64,000 bases of DNA from Podarcis filfolensis (lineage: Eukaryota), in assembly GCA_964270895.1 (NCBI GenBank), contig OZ185437.1; one strand, given 5' to 3'. Below the pieces are notes generated by a model that was given only the letters and a program-made list of their open reading frames with translations, was not told the origin of the DNA and did not search any database. This document shows, piece after piece, positions 59,601 through 64,000 of this stretch. Positions within the stretch are counted from its first letter, which is position 1; every line of letters begins with the position of its first letter. A program made the position numbers and the translations under genes.

Positions 59601-62600
59601 TCAGTGGGATACAATTTCCACTGGGACTTGCTGGGGAGGGAGTGGAAGGGTTAACTCCCTCTCCCCATACATCATGGTTCCAATCCTTAGGGATGCCCTA
59701 GCCCTCTAGCACAATTAAAAATTGTGTTAGGGAGAGTGAGGCCACACACACAACTGAACTTCTGAAATAGAAAATGTTAAGTATTAAGTAAAGCCATAAT
59801 GTTTGAGGGTGGGTTATAGCTAAAACATATATGAACATGGCATTCAATGAAAATCTAATTATATAGTCCACATGTAGCCAAACATTTAAGAACATTAATT
59901 ATCTTCCAACTAAGTCATGTTTTACTATGCAATGGCATTCTAGATATGGGCCTTTCTAAACTCATTCCTCACATGTGCTGATAAGATGTGTCAGTATCAA
60001 CATCAGAAAAGAAGAGGGGGGGGGGAAATACAATTGTATTTCTAACTTAGAAATGATGTACTTGCTCCACTTATACACCTTAAACAGAGAAGTACCATGA
60101 TAAATGTATTTTGAAATATTAACTACATCACTAGTGAACCAAGTAACAGCTTCTACTTCACGAGTATCTGACCTGGCTAGTGTATTAACTCCCAGTGCCT
60201 CAAGCTCTTTGTTCATCTTAAATCCAACAATATACTAAAGAGGGCTAATCAATAAATAACTCAGCAAGTTGGATACCATAAATGGGTTTAAGGCCATAAG
60301 CTACTCCCTTTTTGTTGGGATGAGTGCGTTGAACCATTTATTTAGGTCAAAGAAAACATAGTCTTTGAAGGGTTTGAGTGCAGCTAACAATGGTATCAGA
60401 CATTAATCAATTAGCAGCAGGGTTCAAATACTTCAAGCCCTGGTGTGAAGCATCTCCAGTGCTGGAAAAACCAGACAACGTGCAATTTTGACTGTGGTAT
60501 TGACTATTTCCATTTGCTGTGCCGTTTTCAAAAAAGGCTCACTTGCATACATTAATGTAATTTAGAAGGATGCAAATACAAAGAACACCAAGTGTTTGGG
60601 AATAAGGAAGCATTCTGAGTCCACAAATGAGATTATCAGCATGAATGAAAATTTGAAAGCACTTTAACAGGAAACAAAATGCAGGATCGACAAGCAATAG
60701 AGACTCCTTGCACTTAAAAAAAAAAGTTGTCATAAATTTTACTTTAAAATAGTCTTTATATTATTGTATTTTAAAGGATCAGAAGATTTTTTATTTAAAA
60801 AAATAAAGATCAGATTTTTAAAAAATTATATTTTAATTTATGCAGAATAGATGGTTCAGAAATAAAAGTTTAATATGGGGAAAGTGAAAAACGTGGCTAT
60901 TTGGCAATTTAGGAAGACTGGTCTAAACTTTTACACTCAGAGTAAATACATTTAAGAGGAGCGTGAAAAACAGGAAGTTTTAAAAGATTCTGGTGGCAGA
61001 CAGATTGCTCTAGGCATCCCTTCAAATAAAAAACAAAACACATGGTAGTGACACTCTGTAACAATAGCACGATTAACAGCTGTGGGGTTCCCATGACAGA
61101 CAATGTTGCTCATGTTTTGTTTCAGACTGGCACAACTGTCACGGCTCACAAGATTGACCAGATCCACAAATCTGACATTTTCAGTTTGTCACACATCTAT
61201 AAAATCGAAAAGGGGGAAGGGGGGGGGAATCCCAAGAGCTTTTACTAGTAATGTCCCTTGCTGTGATGCCTGAGGTGATAAATTCCCAGTTCATACTATT
61301 CCACCATTATGGCAAAACATGGGTTTAATTGTTATCAGGGGTGGGATCAAGCTTTGTTTGTCCGTAAGTGGAAATGGGACTAGGAAACAACTTCTACGCA
61401 GCTTTTCTTTTTCTGGTTTAAGTAAGACTAGAATGCATAATTATTGGCAAGGTAATGAAATAAACAAATAACTTTTAAGGCCCAGCAAAGGGTGTGTGCT
61501 AATTTTGGTTTATTTATTCTAACATAGTATTGGCCAACATTCTATTATAGGCAAGCGTTTTCTTGCTATAAAATTTTGCACAAAGCGATCAAGTGTTTCA
61601 AGCTATCAGTTGTGAAAATTAATATCCAATTAATACCTAAACAGGAAAAAATTCCCCCATTTCTACTTTTGCTTCTAAACTAAAGCATCAGCATGTCTGA
61701 AGTGCTCATGCAACAATCTCAATATTTCCCCTCTATGTTTAACCTATAACTTTATTAGCTAATTAAGCATTAGGGATACTTTTATACTCCAACACCCTAA
61801 TAGTGTACATGCAAAACCAAAGCATATTGTAAGCAACCTTGTCCACCATACACGAAGAGCATTTCAATAAAAGCAAAACATGTTGTGTGATGATGACACA
61901 GCTGGACTGTGTGACACAGGACTATGTGCACCACATTACATTGGTTTATTTTCCAGCTGAACAAGTTAGAGGGAGATCCCAGGACAAAGAAAGCAGTTTC
62001 CACATTGACTCATGCCATGTAAGATTTTCTCGTCCTTATTTACACTGTACAGTGACATCTAAGACTTGTGGCTTCAAACCAAGGATTCCACAAGCTATGG
62101 CAAACAACCTGGTGAGTAGCCAGACCTTACTGAAGCTAAGGAGGTGTAAAATTACTGAGAGCCTTATGTTAAATTGCCCTCAGATTAGTAAACAAAGGAA
62201 GACATGAATACAACTAAATAGGAACAAAATAGGAACAAAAAGGAACAAAAACAGACACATATTTGCTACTATTGCACAGATGTGTTAACTTTGCTGGGCC
62301 TGGAGTCCAGGGGTCCTCTCCATGCAGTAATATCTTTAATATAGACTCATAGAATTGCATAGATGGAGGGGACTGCACGGATCATCTCATTCAACACCCT
62401 GCAATGCAGGAATCTTTTGCCCAGCGTGGGGCTTGAACCCAGATTAAGAGTCTATTCTGCTTGTCTCAACTACCACATCAGAGCACCAAAAAATAGTTGA
62501 AATGTAAATTTAAGTCTATTGCCTACTTATTGATTTACAAACATATCACCTTTGTCTCTTCTATTCTCATTGCATCTAGCAAATAGTGGAGAACTTCTTG

Positions 62601-62637
62601 GCTGTCCTGCTGTTGAAATCCCTTAAAGCGAGGAGCC
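41522..62637 (-). CDS. USP45: Ubiquitin carboxyl-terminal hydrolase 45, last 10 coding exons (5' part outside window); join of 62550-62637, 58603-58684, 57308-57399, 54266-54322, 51525-51668, 46499-47189, 44194-44291, 43389-43475, 42899-43052, 41522-41652
   Basis: USP motifs QQQDSQE, CEEC...CENC zinc ligands, LVLHLKRF, His box [14 protein letters not shown] and WVYVSD...[11 protein letters not shown]. All GT-AG and frame-consistent. Sequence and PNISR/COQ3 synteny favour USP45 over paralogue USP16. Confidence 0.95.
42315..42640 (-). mobile_element. CR1 LINE 3' fragment in the last USP45 intron
   Basis: Minus-strand translation [23 protein letters not shown] resembles the CR1 ORF2 C-terminus; CR1-like 3' UTR follows. 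Confidence 0.75.
42899..43052 (-). CDS. USP45: USP45 His-box exon ([39 protein letters not shown]...NVQ)
   Basis: Acceptor GCAATGAAG, donor G|GTATGT; 154 nt; carries the catalytic His motif. Confidence 0.94.
43389..43475 (-). CDS. USP45: USP45 exon ([29 protein letters not shown])
   Basis: Acceptor TTCTTCTTCAG, donor AAG|GTATGG; 87 nt. Confidence 0.95.
44194..44291 (-). CDS. USP45: USP45 exon ([33 protein letters not shown])
   Basis: Acceptor TTCTGTACAG, donor CAG|GTAAAG; 98 nt. Confidence 0.95.
45361..45379 (+). promoter_or_regulatory. Putative CTCF motif
   Basis: TGGCCACAAGAGGGCATTA, matched by eye. Confidence 0.5.
46188..46394. mobile_element. Tc1/mariner MITE family B, left TIR eroded
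   Basis: Near-identical to 1948-2169; ends GGTACCACTG|TA about 100 bp from a USP45 donor. Confidence 0.85.
46499..47189 (-). CDS. USP45: USP45 large insertion-domain exon (NQENHERR...[10 protein letters not shown]...[43 protein letters not shown]...NFT)
   Basis: 691-nt open frame; donor G|GTAATG. The acceptor AATTGACAG has its pyrimidine tract displaced about 20 nt upstream, so the 5' boundary is less certain. Confidence 0.88.
47914..48260 (-). mobile_element. Full-length Sauria SINE with 10-bp TSD
   Basis: tRNA-like head with A box TGGCGCTGTGG and B box GGTTCAAATCC; ACCTTT tail; GTAGTGCCTA at 47904-47913 and 48261-48270. Confidence 0.93.
51525..51668 (-). CDS. USP45: USP45 exon ([23 protein letters not shown]...LLTKDK)
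   Basis: Acceptor ATTTTCCAG, donor AAG|GTAAGA; 144 nt. Confidence 0.92.
52215..52375 (-). mobile_element. Old tRNA-headed SINE remnant
   Basis: Minus strand reads AGAGCATGTGCTTTGCATGTAGAAGGTTCCAGGTTCAGTCCC, a tRNA-like head. Confidence 0.5.
54266..54322 (-). CDS. USP45: USP45 exon ([19 protein letters not shown])
   Basis: Acceptor TTTCTTCTAAG, donor AGG|GTAAGA; 57 nt. Confidence 0.94.
57308..57399 (-). CDS. USP45: USP45 exon ([31 protein letters not shown])
   Basis: Acceptor TTTTTGCAG, donor AAT|GTAGGT; 92 nt. Confidence 0.95.
58418..58436 (+). promoter_or_regulatory. Putative CTCF motif
   Basis: TGCGCACTAGATGGCACCA, matched by eye. Confidence 0.5.
58603..58684 (-). CDS. USP45: USP45 exon ([27 protein letters not shown])
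   Basis: Acceptor TTCTTACAG, donor G|GTATTT; 82 nt. Confidence 0.95.
59149..59279. mobile_element. Palindromic hAT-like MITE, same family as 29305-29441
   Basis: CCAGATGTTGTTGACCTACAACTCCC...GGGAGTTGTAGTTCAGCAGCAGCTGG. Confidence 0.7.
62348..62440 (-). mobile_element. CR1-type 3' end fragment
   Basis: CATAGAATTGCATAGATGGAGGGGACT...CCCTGCAATGCAGGAATCT. Confidence 0.6.
62550..62637 (-). CDS. USP45: USP45 exon ([29 protein letters not shown])
   Basis: Acceptor GTTTTGCAG, donor AAG|GTGATA; 88 nt. Confidence 0.94.
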
Positions 62638-64000
62638 CTGCAAAACGGGAGAGAAGAAATGAGTATGTCTCTAGCAGATGAGTTTTCAGATTCAATAATA
62701 AAATCATACGTTTTCTAAATAAGGTAATTTATATACAAATGTGTGTTTGCTAAGGAATCAAAAGAAAACCATGGCCAAAAAGAGAAAACCACAACAAGAA
62801 ACAGGAATATATAAAGGTGAAAGGGAGGTGGAAAGCATATAAGCTTCAATATGAGACATAGCTGAGAGGCAACAAAACTCAAAACTGTAGGGGCAACGCT
62901 TGAGAAAAGAAACAAACTTATCACAGTGGTGTCAAGTTTCTTCTATACAAGTGAATGGCTGCCATTTGCTCCTATGACAAAAAATAAATGCTGGAATCGT
63001 GGCCAAAACCACCAATCCACCACCTCTGAGATCAAATGGCTGATCTTAAATCTGCAGAGATGTTCACAAATTTATCCAGGCAGCCAATTTTCAGAAGGAC
63101 AGTCCACAGGGCATTACGATTTTAGAATAAATGCTGGAAATTTACAGACCTTCACTCTGAACACATAATGACATGGGGTTTTTTTAGTTCCAGTAAAAAA
63201 AATATTTAAAGGTACTTGAGTTTTGGTATATTGAGGGTTATACAGCACCTATTATAAAGTATATGAAGGCTAATCTTAAAAGTCCTACAATATGTAGAAG
63301 AGCAGGTAGCTTGCTTCTTTGTTGAAAAGAGCAGCAGATTATTGTCACATTAGTGCAGCAAACGGGGCATTTCATTAGCAAAGAAAAGGAGTGCACACTA
63401 CCAGCTGTCTTAGATGCACAATGCCAGGTGCTTAATGAAAATTAAGAATAAGTTTTAGCTCACCATTACCAGCATTGTTCCTATAAAAATATTCAACTTT
63501 CCATAAAAAAACTGTGGCCCTGTTCACACATAATAGTAAAATATAGTTAATGGTTTATAATAATCACACCTGAGTGGGCTCTTTCATTCTTCCCTGCTTG
63601 CGCTAGGGAGAAGCCATGCAAAGCCAGGCTTTCCTGGTAATCAAACTGGACGTACTGATCATAGTTTGTTAAAACAAACCATGATCCCTGGTTCAGACAT
63701 AACACAAAGGGAGGGATCAAATTCCCCACTGCCTGCTCCTCCCTCCCCCCCCAGCAAATATACAGAGTAGTGAAAGAGTCCTCTTAGGTGCATTCACAAT
63801 AAATTGTTAACTGTGGTCTGTCCAAGCAAGACTGCAGAACGCAAATGTGATAGATACATGTATCAGGCTTATAAATAGTGATTAGCCATGGCAAGTAAGT
63901 ACTGTATTGTCTCAAGGTGAAGAGGCCAGAAAGGATTACAGAAGTTTGATCTTTATTTATTTTAGACCTAAACACAGGTCAGCTACAGACTTTGGTGGAC

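Noticed and set aside
16036-62250. Short tandem duplications (13 bp at 16036, 17 bp at 20261, 10 bp near 38591, 14 bp near 40428, about 10 bp near 62217)
   Set aside because: Ordinary slippage events with no evident function.

Overview
Vertebrate genomic DNA, very probably from a lacertid lizard (lacertid-type Sauria SINEs, a tRNA-CORE SINE, BovB/RTE, CR1, L2 and Tc1/mariner MITEs). Three genes lie head-to-tail on the minus strand in the order I know from human 6q16. COQ3 is complete (7 coding exons, 4968-12906, 359 aa). PNISR has 10 coding exons (16399-27433, about 819 aa), one mostly lost in a 158-N gap, and a CpG-island first exon near 34.1 kb. The last 10 coding exons of USP45 run from 41522 to 62637; its 5' part is outside the window. 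I reconstructed exons by hand from GT/AG sites and frame continuity. Best second-look items: (1) an alternative intron that starts inside the last PNISR codon and replaces the stop with an SMTPPRRKR tail; (2) two PTC-generating alternative acceptors upstream of a weak PNISR exon; (3) a degenerate three-helix type I hammerhead ribozyme at 39.8 kb; (4) a possible spliced plus-strand divergent transcript from the PNISR promoter; (5) a frameshifting 10-nt microexon candidate in USP45. I see no convincing wholly new biological system; these are hypotheses to test.
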